Source of the DNA: Lytechinus pictus
Taxonomy: Eukaryota
Assembly (NCBI RefSeq): GCF_037042905.1
Contig: NC_087250.1
Location: 9,922,001 to 9,986,000 of the forward strand
Reading direction: 5' to 3'
DNA length: 64,000 nucleotides
Of the stretch, positions 13,784 through 25,409 are shown piece by piece; positions within the stretch are counted from its first letter, which is position 1, and the number at the start of each line of letters is the position of its first letter. The notes under the pieces are model-generated. The model was not told the origin of the DNA. It worked only from the letters and a program-made list of their open reading frames with translations, and did not search any database. A program made the position numbers and the translations under genes.

Positions 13784-14014
13784 TTAGCCACATGAAACAG
13801 GGACCTTGCAGACAAAGGGATATCTAAAAGAACAGGTTGTGGCTTGCCATCCCGAAGGTATTCCCCCGTACATTGTGTAATATGCATCGGACAAGTCCCA
13901 CAGTCCATATCCAGCAAGCCATTTGTTGTAGTTGAACGGTGTACCATCTGTCCAAACAAAGGGACCAGGTAAGCTGGGTCGGTGAAGCCCGATCCAGTAT
14001 CCATTATCACCAAG
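13784..14014 (-). CDS. Gene A terminal exon: C-terminal half of a C-type lectin domain
   Basis: Acceptor ttccctacag, phase 0, reads LGDNGYWIGLHRPSLPGPFVWTDGTPFNYNKWLAGYGLWDLSDAYYTMYGGIPSGWQATTCSFRYPFVCKVPVSCG*. Has WIGL, WTDG and W-x4-C-x5-FVCK hallmarks. This frame is absent from the ORF track. Confidence 0.92.
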   Translation of the reverse strand, partial: LGDNGYWIGLHRPSLPGPFVWTDGTPFNYNKWLAGYGLWDLSDAYYTMYGGIPSGWQATTCSFRYPFVCKVPVSCG

Positions 14015-14221
14015 CTGTAGGGAAATGACAGATAAAAAACCAAAGTAGGCTTAAATTTTTTCGATGAAATCTGGGCCCGTAGCAAAAAGAGGGTTTGAAT
14101 GTATAACCACATTTGCTTTGATTTTTATGAAAAGCCTGATGTCTATGAGAGATCGCCCCGGATAGGTCTAATGATTCAAAAGGCTAAACAAAACAATTGC
14201 TGCTTACCATACATTTAAGTT

Positions 14222-14497
14222 AGGGCCTTTTCACACGTAAATCTTGAATCAGCATTGCAATGATGATTGCAATTCGTCTTTAGAATCATCGGACCTTTCA
14301 CACGGAAAATTCGTATCGTAATTTGAATGAAACCTAACTAGAATTCACCTCCGGAATAGAATTTGAATTCGTGAATGTGATTAGCGTTCGTGATTCTAGT
14401 TTGGTTCCACACGTGCAAAAAAAATCGTCACTAGCCTTTTTTTTTTACTGGAATCGTCGTTCAAATTAAGATTTTTTTACCGTGAGAAAGGACGGTT
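14222..14497. mobile_element. Degenerate MITE in a gene A intron
   Basis: Imperfect inverted termini GGCCTTTTCACACGTAAA ... TTTACCGTGAGAAAGGAC. Confidence 0.5.
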
Positions 14498-14517
14498 AGT
14501 GACCTGAAAATACTCAC

Positions 14518-14705
14518 TAGCTTTCGCAATGTAGTTGTGAAATTTAGTTCCTCTTCACTATGGATAGAAACCAGATCCCCACGACATGACTGTCCACTGG
14601 TGAAATTACGACAGGTATACATGGCGCTTGTAAAGCTGGCTAACTCGTAAAAGTGTTGGTAGCAACTTCTTTCAAAGAGTTTCCATGATGAATACGGGCA
14701 AAGAT
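14518..14705 (-). CDS. Gene A exon: N-terminal half of a long-form C-type lectin domain
   Basis: Boundaries cctgcag| and |gtgagt; 188 nt, phase 1 to 0; reads (D)LCPYSSWKLFERSCYQHFYELASFTSAMYTCRNFTSGQSCRGDLVSIHSEEELNFTTTLRKL. Has CP..W..F..SCY and LVSIHSEEE motifs and joins both neighbours in frame. Confidence 0.93.
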
Positions 14706-14716
14706 CTGCAGGTAAT

Positions 14717-14979
14717 GATAATAATAGGCATTTATATGACTCCATCTATCTAGAAATATTATATTCCGAGGCGCGTTATTATTAATATTACCCCGGCTTT
14801 AGCTCGAGCTGACTTCCAGCGCTCATGCATTCAAAGAATTAATCCTGCCGGGTACCCATTCACCTCATCTATGTTGAGTTTAAAACAATGTGGATACATT
14901 TATTGCTGAAGGCTGGGATTCGAACCCACGACCCTCTGTTTTAAAGTCAGAAGACTTATCCACTGGGCCACAACGCTCC
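14717..14979 (-). mobile_element. tRNA-derived SINE
   Basis: Reverse complement of the GGAGCGTTGTGGCCCAGTGGATAAG...GGGTTCGAATCCC head, core and (ATT) tail. Confidence 0.88.
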
Positions 14980-15166
14980 ACAATGTACAACAAAGAAAAG
15001 CAGAGATGGTGCCTATTATTAATTAAAATAGTTGGAATTCGGAGGGGTTTGAGTAATATGTCTACTATTAAAATCATACTGCATAGCTCATGTAGCTCTG
15101 ATGCACATCGGGAATGCATTCACCCTTTGTATTCACAATGCAGTGTAACGGCAATCGCAGGTATAG

Positions 15167-15634
15167 CCAAAGATACTACAAGGGGAAGATCGGACACTTC
15201 GACGATATTTTGAAACGATCGATAAATGCTTATGGGAAGGGCGCCCAAAAGCGTTGAGTAAGTAAACCTTCGCATATCTGCACGTGACTGTGTATAAAAC
15301 CTATGGGGAAAATTAGAGAGGAGATTTTGGAGGGGTTTGGAGAGGGCTCAAGGGTGGCGCATGGGAATAATTCCACGTTTTATTACTAAGAAACCTCTGA
15401 AATATATTCATCTCAAATTTAAGGAGAAAAAATTGAATGAAAACATTTTAAAATGTAAAATCGTCTATTCATTCAGCCCTTCACCGTATCTCTTATATGT
15501 TTTGTACACAACCATCTCGCGATACGCAAAGGTAAAAAAGGGTCGTTACTTACTCAACGCTGTAGGGCGCTCTTCCCGAGCGTTTCATTACGCGGTCTAA
15601 GTACTGTCCGATCTTCCCCTTGTAGTATCTTTGG
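15167..15634. mobile_element. MITE with apparent 5-bp TSD (TATAG)
   Basis: Ends read TATAG|CCAAAGATACTACAAGGGGAAGATCGGACA ... TGTCCGATCTTCCCCTTGTAGTATCTTTGG|TATAG. Confidence 0.88.
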
Positions 15635-15712
15635 TATAGCGTTTCGGGGGTGCTGCATATGGGGAATAATACACGCAGCACCCCCTAGGAAAACCCCATC
15701 ACCCCGCTGACA

Positions 15713-15822
15713 CATTCATATGTTCTTGAAAGCATTCTGCGTCGCGGTACTAAACTCCCTATTTAGAAGCAATAGAGTTTCGTACCGCGACGCAGAATGT
15801 TTTTTTTTAGAACATAGGAATG
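15713..15822. mobile_element. Tiny hairpin MITE
   Basis: Inverted arms CATTCTGCGTCGCGGTAC / GTACCGCGACGCAGAATG. Confidence 0.75.
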
Positions 15823-16509
15823 TATTACAAAAAGGTTTTCGTGACAAGGGGTAACAAAGAGGTATTTGCCGAAAATTGGTGAATCATAACAGAAGTTTCG
15901 TCCGGGACTCTGGACGAACGATATATTTGCAATTTTCGTGTTTTTTTTTATATATTTATTTCAATACGGTTAAAAAAATACTTGCTCTCAGCCGACAAGG
16001 CTGTTTCTCAGCAAGTCCGTACAATTCAATTTACAAAATTCTCAAAAACAAGTTGAAAAATAAAAACGGGTGTTTTCTACTCGCCGTAGGGGAAATGGGA
16101 CCGCAGCGTTAGGACGAAACTGCTGATTTGGTTCACCAATATTCGACAAAGACCTCCCAGCTTTTCATTGTCATTTGACGCCTATTTTCATATCGGTTTG
16201 TGTTATAGGAAAAAACGATCCGCCGATACAACGTGCAACAATTTACTACATGGAATTCTAGACCAAGCTTCAGAAAAATTGAGGGGACGGAAACAGAACT
16301 ACTCCATTGATTCATATGTCGGTTCGATAATGAGGGTGATGATGGTGAGGAAATAACACAAAATATTAAATCCATGCTGCACATATGTTTCTTATACTCC
16401 ACTTACTTCATTTACTTGAGTTTAATTTAAATCCAAAGTTAAGAATAAAGGACAAATGAGCTTACTTAACATGTTTACCATCACAAGAATAATAGTGATA
16501 ATAATGATA

Positions 16510-17230
16510 TAACACTTTTATAGGGCGCTTAATACAGATGTTTCTAAGCGTTCAGTTTTCAGCTTTCTTTTGAATTACCGGGGAAAATAAAAAGTGATCT
16601 TAATGATTTCAAAACAAAAAATTTAAAGAAACAAACGAAACGCAACTAAGATACACACCTCCATATAGACCTACCCACAACTGATATCTAGACATTAAAA
16701 AGGTGGGTCTTTAGCAAGGTCTCAAGGGAGTTGGCATTATGGATACGTGATTGTAATTAATTCCACTGGATTAGAACAAAAACGGAGAAGGCTCGATCAC
16801 CATAACTGGTATTTGTACGTGGTCCTAAAGTTAGCTGCAAGGTTTCTGAAGAACAAAGTGGTATGAGTGAGCTAGAAGGGCGGAGAGAGATGAGGTTAGA
16901 GAGATATTCAGGAGCTAGGCCATTGATTATTTAATACGTCAAAAGAAGAACTTTGACAACGATGCGCTGGCGTATTGGAAGCCAATAAAATGATTTCAGA
17001 ATATGTGTGATATGTTCAGATTTTCTTGAAAGAGTAACAAGCCTTGCAGCAGTATTTTTCATTCTTTGGAGTGGGTGTTAATGTGAGAGTGGGAAACCGA
17101 AACGAGCAGAATTGCAGTAATCAAGGTGGAAAGATACAAAAGCATGGTTAAGTTTACTAGTTATGGTCATTGTGGTCGGGTCGAGTAGCTTCCTCATTTT
17201 TCCATGATTGGAAAATCAAATCCATGTAGC
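16510..17230 (-). mobile_element. Degraded L2/CR1-group LINE 3' fragment
   Basis: The minus strand reads ..GPRTNTSYGDRAFS...WN*L...NANSLETLLKTHLF, the typical L2-type ORF2 C-terminus. Confidence 0.8.
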
Positions 17231-17679
17231 AACGTACCGTATTAAATTTGACCAATAACAGAGCCACCATTGGGGTCGTTACATCTGTCTAAATGACTTA
17301 TCAATCCTTTTCATTTGCTCTTTAGTCTTCATCGAAAGTTCCCTGTATTGCAGAACATGTATCGGTGTCTTTTCGCTTTGTTTTCCAGATTGACTATTAG
17401 TAAATGTACATAATCTTTTTAACCAAGACAGGCGCCCTTTATGAAAGTTCAGTCCAGACAGATCTAAGGCTACCTCTTAAACATAATAAATAGGACACTT
17501 ATTTTGACAATCAAAGCTTTACAGGTTTCAACATCGACACGGTAGCGAATGGGAGCGCAAAGAGAAGGGTTTTTTCAGTCTATGTCATCTTCTTCCCTTA
17601 CTTCTCTCAAACTCACTTTCTTTATTTCGAAACCTACTATTGGTTATATTGCCCACATTTTGCTTATTTGTATACATAC

Positions 17680-17784
17680 CGACTGCACATGTTGGTCCTT
17701 GAAACCTGGTTGAACAGGAGCAGGTGAAACCTTCCAGTGTTTCCGTGCATGTACCTCCATTAAGACATGGGTTGGGTAAACAGT
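17680..17784 (-). CDS. Gene A exon: EGF-like domain
   Basis: Boundaries tctcag| and |gtatgt; 105 nt, phase 1-1; reads [35 protein letters not shown], a canonical six-Cys EGF. Confidence 0.95.
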
Positions 17785-19482
17785 CTGAGATCGAGAATTT
17801 GACGTGACACGGCAAATTAAAATAGATGGGAAAGTGAGTGAGCAGGGCATATAGAAACGGAGAAAAGAGACAGAGGCAGAAACGGGGAGACATAAAAAGA
17901 CAGATGGTTTGGGAAATAAAAGAGATATTGCCATTTTTATCGTCAGAGGAACAATTGTATTCAACACCTGTCATTTTACTCTCAAAACACTCGACGGGCG
18001 GATCCAGGGGAGCACATTCGGCCCGTGCCACCCCCTTTTAGGAGGCACCAGTATTTTATTTTTGTCATTAATAGACGTGAGGACTTCTTTTTTTATTCTA
18101 TTTATTTTTTTGGCTTGTCAAATTGTCCATGGAACAAAATGACATATCTTTGATATGGAAGCCCTTTTTTTGCATGTCATTTTTTTTCTACATCAAATAA
18201 CCTCGAATTGGTAGGGAGTTCTTTTTTTTCAACATTTTCCTATAAATAAGTGCCTCCCCTCCCCCTTAGAAAATCTTGGATTCACCCAGGCTCGATACAA
18301 TCCACACCCTTGGTGAAGTACAAACTAGACAATGTTTTTTTTTTTATTCCATGACGTAAAATTGGTAGTTCCATTAGTATGTGGGCGATTCCATGCTCGA
18401 AAAATCTGCCAATTTCTCAACATTTGTCAACCTGCTGTCCAGACGAACGAAGAACTTCAATTTGCTTTGTGGTAATATTGAAGGACTACTGGGTAGACAT
18501 GCAAAAAACTGACAACAAACAAAATATGTTGTCCATAGTTGAATTAGAGCTTGAAATGTTGCGTGCCGTACGGGACATTTCTGCGTCCCTTACGACACTT
18601 TTCACCTCTAATTTACCCAGAATCTATTTTTTGTGTGTGTTGGTTATTAATTTTTCACATGACTATCCACGATAGCTTTATCATTGACAACAAAGAATAT
18701 TTTATTGCTCAAGCATTCGGCTGGGAAACTAGAAATTGTTGTCAAAATGTCCTGTACGAAACGCATGGAATCGCCCATGTGGAATTCACAGCGGAGCAAT
18801 TGCCCACCGGAGCAAATTTCATCGAATCATTATGAGCCACCAATTTTTGACAAAGAATTCTTGCTCTATGTCATGAAGGATACTTGATATTTTATCCTAC
18901 ATAAATTAAATTTTGTATGCTAATTGGTCTGAATAGCATCATGTGACCAAACATATTTTCACTATTTTGCGATGATGTTGAAAATGAAATGACCATCGAA
19001 GAAAATTGACTATTCCGTGATGTCGATAACGGAATAGTGCACTATACCATCATTGACATCACATAATACTGACACAGATCATGCAATCTCTCGGGTGCAT
19101 CGGTCAGCGAGGCAATTCTACCGGGCAAATCTTTGGCGTAGGCACAAATGCGCACAATATCTGTATTTCAGTTCAGATTTAAAAAAAGGATGAACTAGAT
19201 GTGCAAGAACGAGATTATCAAGACGTATTGTTCTAACTTAATAAATGTACGATATAAAACAAATGTACCAGGCCTTCATTTTGAAAGTAAAGAGGCAATT
19301 ATTCATTCTCGGTTGCACTGGCAAAATTAGTAATGCCAGTCCAACTTCGGAAAAATAATTACTCAAGGCTGATATATTTATATGATATACTTTCCCTGCT
19401 TCTGGACCCTCTGTACTTCGTGGAGCGAAAACTCGCTGCAGATATAAAAATTACAGTCTTAAAAGAGGCTTTGACAACATAC

Positions 19483-19647
19483 CTGGGAGTTTGAAGATGA
19501 AGATGAATCGATTTGAAACGATTCTCTTTATCCCTGGCCAGTTGGGGTCATCTCTGACTATTAACTTGGGTTCCAGGGCAGCGATGTCCACCGTTTGCAG
19601 TGAGCCTGCTCCGCACCTTACGTTTAATGGCATGCCAAACTTTAAGA
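19483..19647 (-). CDS. Candidate gene A exon upstream of EGF (no recognised domain)
   Basis: Boundaries tttttcag| and |gtatgt; 165 nt; only the phase-1 frame is open (LKFGMPLNVRCGAGSLQTVDIAALEPKLIVRDDPNWPGIKRIVSNRFIFIFKLP), and it matches the EGF exon phase. Confidence 0.55.
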
Positions 19648-20269
19648 CTGAAAAACAAAATCAGACAAGATTCCAAGTCAGTCCCATCCCTACCGTCTTC
19701 GGTGAGCAAAAAAAAATATGTGGCTTGGCCCTGGGAAGCGGGGGTATACTGGGGAGAAGGGGGGGGGGTGGCTGTTACGTGTGTTATTCACAATAAGCAC
19801 CACCCTCTGAACATATGGTAGGTATACTAAGTAGCAGAAATGTGACCAAAATCACCTTTCTTTTTCGCGAATTTTGTCGCCAAATTTGTCGTGATCTATA
19901 TTAACCTTGCTTGAGCTGTGATCAAACCAGCGCCTGAAACTGGATGGAAGTTGTCCGGATTCCAGCAGGAGAGCCAATTTGGGGAGTGTTATAGGATATC
20001 ACGTATAAACGGAAGCGTAAAAGAAAACACTGGTACGCCGAGTACAAAACAAAATTGATTATTGATCATCGATTCTTTTTTGAAGCATCCATGGGACTAA
20101 GCTTCAAGGGAGGTTTATGATGTTAGAGAAGTATGCAATGATTAAGAGGGTTATCAACACAGAGCGTTCGTGCATAATAAGCTAAGATAAATGGAAAATA
20201 CCACAAAATATACTATTGGGTTATAAGTATTACGGAATCCGTGTGACATAAACGTAAGTAAATACTTAC

Positions 20270-20348
20270 TCAAAAGCAAAAAGCTTGTTAGCATTAGATA
20301 TCTTCTTACAAAACCTCTCGTCATCTTCTTCAACGCTGAGTATATTTA
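20270..20348 (-). CDS. Candidate gene A exon
   Basis: Boundaries tttgtttccag| and |gtaagt; 79 nt; the single open frame is NILSVEEDDERFCKKISNANKLFAF. It ends in phase 2, which conflicts with the 165-nt exon. Confidence 0.4.
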
Positions 20349-20724
20349 CTGGAAACAAAAGATGCGTAAATATGGACAAGTTTGTGTATTGATTTGCTTT
20401 TTACGCATTAACATAGCATTTATGATTTATGTCATTCACGCAGACAAGTTATTACATGAATGATAATTATTATTATTATTATATAACTTATCCGTTAGTA
20501 TTTGCACATATGGGCAGTTGTAATTATATATTATAACGGTAATGGATTTGAGTTTTTTTCTAATCAGTATGACCATTTAGTTTCAAACTGTGTTCTTCCG
20601 AGGCCAAGTATCATAATAAAAATAATAATAACAATAATAATTAAAATAATAACAATAATGATAATAACAATGATGATAACAGCAAAATCTGGATTTTCAA
20701 GCGATCTTTGTCTGATGATACATA

Positions 20725-21128
20725 GCGCCACAATAATTACCCCGGCTTTAAATTTGCTGCCATGGCCCTTGGAAGCGGGGTGCTGAGTGTATTAATCACC
20801 ATTGGCAGCACCCCCAGGTATTCTGGCATAAATTGGGGGGGGGGGAATTTAACCAAAATGACCTTCATTTTGTAGTAAAACCCCCTTTTTAATGTTTTCT
20901 TTTTTCAAATTTCTTGAAACCAATTTGAGCTCCTGCAGGGCCCTGATACGGGCTGAAGCTGAAGCATTCAAGGAATTTCTTCCTACAGGTTACCCATTCA
21001 TCTCTCCTGGGTTGAGTGCAGCACAATGTGGGTAAATTTCTTGAAGTAAAGTAGACCATGGCTAGGAATCGAACCCACGTCCCTCAGATTAAAAGATGAG
21101 AGTCATAAAGTACTAGACCACGACACCC
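20725..21128 (-). mobile_element. Diverged, interrupted tRNA-derived SINE
   Basis: Reverse-complement head (GGAATCGAACCCACG) and core (TACCCATTCATCTCTCCTGGGTTGAGTGCAGCACA). The 3' part lies near 20725-20765, separated by a GC-rich insert. Confidence 0.65.
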
Positions 21129-22446
21129 CCACATAAAGAGCAGAACAAATCATAGCAGGTGATGTGTGGTCCGATGTTATCTCTTTTCCTCAACTTAGCA
21201 GGGCGTATTTATGTTACCATCATAATCATAACACACACACAAACAAAACTACACCACGGTCGTTTCCCACCAGGGCTGCAACTTGTCACCTTTGCTATGT
21301 CACTTAGTTTACGAATGTTTTTCGAATGTTTTCCAAGGACGTTATGTGCGTCAACGCAGAGAATAATCCTTTGTTCATAGGGGGAACAATGCTTACCACC
21401 CAAAAAAAAGATGACTGTCCTCTGACTGACGCTCATGATGGACATGATGGTAAAAATGGTAAAGATAATGTCCGTTACCTCTGCCTTATTTCCTGTTGTA
21501 CCCGCAAGCCTCCCGAAATTAGTACAGACCTTAAAACATTCATACTTATCAGGCAGAATCCCCTAAGTCAAGAATACGCATGCATTCAATGCGCGCAAAT
21601 TGTGTGTCGTCGCAAACCAACACACTACAGTAGTGGCACGAAGATAGCATTTGCGCAACGATTGTCAAGATTCCAACGTGAATAATAGTTTTAAAGGTGT
21701 ACGTTCCTGGAATTCATGAGGGCGTTGGACAAACTACGCTCAACTTGCGGCGCCAGCTACTCATTGGCACCAGTGCAATACGACGCCTACGCAGATGCCA
21801 CGTTCTGCATGCACGAACTGCATGACGACTTTCAATTTGCATATGCTTCAGCTTCTGTTCAAAGATATTGGCAGGTTGGCCCCGCCTCCTACTGCAGTGA
21901 CGTAAGCAGATCAACGCATCGCAGTAATGTGCATGGATACGTGCACATCACTGGTGATTGACAGCTGCATGCAAATAACATGTACGACAATGATCTTTGT
22001 AAGAGGTAAGGGGCGAGTAGAGCAGTAACAATACCGTCCAACAGCGCCATACCTTTTAGTGAGCATATCCGAGATACCGAATTCAAATGATGACCGGAAG
22101 CACTCTCAAAACAAAACAGTCGAAATGAATAGTTAATCGGGTCAGCTGAGTGCAAACTGTCATTCTAGTCATGTATATTCTAATTGTATTTTACTAGAAC
22201 AGAGTTATTTCTGACTAGAATATACGTCAGAAATGTGACTACACATTGTCAGTTGCACCCAGCTGACTACCGATCTAGTTATTTTGACTGCTGTGATTCA
22301 AGGATGTGTGACCAGGGCTTCACATGACAAAGAGCCTTGCTCTAAAACTGACCATGCTTATGCATGGAATTTACTTTAAGAAAAAAATAATAGGACGAAC
22401 ATCCATTTGCCCCAGGAACTTTTCCTATCTACAACAGAAATAATTT

Positions 22447-22610
22447 ATACCTCGGTCACATTTGCTCTACGGCAGCCATACGGCGAGTCGAAAACAGCCG
22501 TTTTATTCATTTTTTTCTAAACCACCTATATGTAGCTGGTACAAAAATGTTAATACGGTCGTTTTCGATTCGCCGTACGGCCGCCGTAGAGCAAATGTGA
22601 CCGAGGTATC
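22447..22610. mobile_element. Palindromic MITE
   Basis: Inverted arms ATACCTCGGTCACATTTGCTCTACGGC ... GCCGTAGAGCAAATGTGACCGAGGTAT; a diverged relative lies at 61870-62020. Confidence 0.88.
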
Positions 22611-22771
22611 AGTGTTAAACAGTGTGGCCCGTATTCTGAACTTAGGTTTCATCTAAACTCTTATCTAAAGTTGTGGTTTAACTATGAAAAGCCAGTCGTG
22701 GCACAAGTCTCTGGGAAAAGAGTATTTGGCAGTCTAGTAACTTAGAATATAAAAACTGTGTGAAAATAGTA

Positions 22772-23520
22772 ACTTATATATGTTTTCTTGCCATCCAGGC
22801 TGCAGGCTGGCTCATTAAACATAAGGAGCGCGCAATTAAAACCAAGCCATTTTTAATTTGTGGCCTCTCGTAGTTTTAACACTGGCTTAGACTATACTAT
22901 AACTTACACCCTACTTCGGAATACCGTACAACCGTATATATTTTTTCTTGCCATCCAGGCTGGAGGCTGGCTCATTAAACATAAGGAGCGTGCAATTAAA
23001 ACCAAGCCATTTAATTTGTGGCCTCTCATAGTTTTAACACTGACTTAGACTATGGTATAACTTACACCCTACTTCGGAATACCGTCCAATAAGTTCTACG
23101 TAGGTTGAAAGTAGAAAATTACCGTTTGGATCCGTCCCCGTCGATGGAAGTTGAGTATGTAATAAGCAGCCGAAGCGATGGCATATTTTATTGTTGGCTT
23201 CAACGATCTCAAACAGACTATACTTAAATAACAACGTGTCTTCCATCACAACACCTCGTACGTATTCAATAAATGAATAATATTTTGACAACTGTAACTG
23301 TTTATGTTGATTCATATATTCAATAAATATTGGAAGATAACAAAATGTGCCTAATGAAAATATGAAACTCTTTTGTTTTAAATGATAAAACATAACAATG
23401 ATTTATAGTATTTTTAAAGTCCATATCAATAAACATTTTTGAAGAACTGTAATATTGCATTTCCGATGCTATGGTTACAGCACGTTGTTCGTGTCTTGCA
23501 CTATGTTGTATCACAACCTT
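22772..23520. repeat. Two satellite monomers plus the same flank as 2049-2480
   Basis: Direct sequence identity with window positions ~1731-2480. Confidence 0.93.
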
Positions 23521-24287
23521 AACCAACAATTATTTATGAAAATTAATAATTATTGATATTCAGAGGCGATAAAAACAAGTACCAGACAGCGCGTACAAAA
23601 TATGAAAAAGAACAATCGCATTTACAATAACAAACACTGTCGGTTGTTCGAAAAAAAAAATATTGAGGAAAAAAGTTTGCTTGTTGTGAGGGAAGACTTG
23701 AAGTCAAGAATACATGAAGCATTTCTTATTGTAAGAGTGATAGCATTCCACGACTTGGAAGCTCCTACTGCAAAACGACTAAGGAGATTTTGCAGTCCGT
23801 ACCTATCATCGATATCAATTTAATTGTATTTTACTGTCCACTTGGAAATTCTTTCCACACGCATAATGTAAATAACATGACGAATGTCGTAAGAAAGTGA
23901 CAAGTAGAAGAGAACGTCTCCATGATGATGGTTTCCCAATAAAAATGTGAAATTAAGTAAAAAAGATTGCCTGGTACAAAAGAGAAGAAAATGAAATTCA
24001 GGTGGTGATATTAGTGTAAGTATGGATAGACAGATGAACGAATAACATTAAGAAACGTTTAGTGAGACAGTTCATTGACCGAATTCGTTAACTTGAACGC
24101 ATTAAAACATAACTGTGGTAGAGTGGGTGATTTTAGTGTTTCAGGCATCAATTAAAATGTGGGTTTGGCAGGTTATCTTTTTTGCCTGTTTAGTGACTCT
24201 CTCAATTTTCCTAAATTCCTTCTTTCGATCATGTAGTATTGTCCATGTTTCGACAGATAAAGCTTCCAAGCGCTCTTTTGAGACCAC

Positions 24288-24452
24288 CCGGGCTCCGTTG
24301 CATAAACGGTGCCATTATGCTAACTTTGCCATGCAATGGTAACTTGTATGGAATCCTAAATTTTGATTGGACGTTGAGCAGCGTTACCATGGTAGATACA
24401 TGTACCTTTGGATGGCAAAGTTACAATAATGGTAACTTTATGCATCGGGGCA
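24288..24452. mobile_element. Short Harbinger-like MITE
   Basis: Inverted termini GGGCTCCGTTGCATAAA ... TTTATGCATCGGGGCAC. Confidence 0.7.
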
Positions 24453-24568
24453 CAAAACCAATCAAAATTATCCCATAAGGTCGAGCGCGCACACAAGGTT
24501 CATCTTTTTTCCTTACTGTGTGTGCGTGTGCTGTGAGTAACTCATTTTTACTTCATTGATGACATGTA

Positions 24569-25385
24569 CAGTGCGTCCCACAATAAACGAAACCGAGATT
24601 TATCGATTATCTATATCTTAATCACAAATACAATAGACAAATGACCTACCATTGTAAAGCTTAAAATCTCTTCTTTCATTTGAAATTACTTAGATTATTT
24701 CTCATTCATGCATGAGTGACCAAAAACAATTTGAAGACGGGAAACTAAAAAGTCATTTGGCGGGCTGTATCTGGGTTTCAAAAAGAAAACCACATTTTTA
24801 AACAGTTCAATATCTGCTCTTTAATTTGATACCTCAATTACAGAAAATGGTCGAGAAATAACAAAGTTCTGGTTATTTGAAATAAGGCTTGAATTTCAAT
24901 AATTTCATAAAATGAAGAGGTTTTACAGGCTAGCGTTCACACTCACTCGACACTCAGTTTTGTTGACGATCAGCCATGTATTAAGTCTTTTGTTAACCAA
25001 GCGATAGCTTCTGTGTGAAACCGGTGAAAACACATTTATTTAATGAAATTATGGACGTACAAGCATTGTTTCGAGGGAACATGACTTTTTTACTTCTTGA
25101 CCATTTTTTGTGATTAAGGTATCAAATAAAAAAAGGGGATATTGAACTTTTTTGGCATGTGATTTTCTTTTTGAAATTGAGATACCCCCGCCAAATGAGT
25201 TTTTGGCATCCTTTCTTCGAATTGTTTTTGCTCAATCATGCGTGAATGAGGAATAATCTAAGTAATATCAGATGAAAGAGGAGATTATAAGCTTTACATT
25301 GGTAGGTCATTTGTTTATTGTATTTGTGATTAAGTTATGATAAATCATCGCTTAATCTCGGTTTCGTTTTTTGTGGGACACACGG
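24569..25385. mobile_element. Tc1/mariner-type MITE with long TIRs and TA TSD
   Basis: Ends read TA|CAGTGCGTCCCACAATAAACGAAACCGAGATT ... AATCTCGGTTTCGTTTTTTGTGGGACACACGG|TA; the arms match over roughly 300 bp. Confidence 0.88.
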
Positions 25386-25409
25386 TATAATGTTTTACAG
25401 AAGTGAAAT

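Noticed and set aside
13696..14112. 138-aa minus-strand ORF in the track
   Set aside because: It is the wrong frame. The overlapping frame after the ctacag acceptor gives the WIGL-containing lectin exon.
21479..21543. ATG-initiated mini-exon MNVLRSVLISGGLRVQQEIRQ with a gtaac donor as the first exon of gene A
   Set aside because: It ends in phase 2, which gives a stop in the next candidate exon, and it is not a convincing signal peptide.
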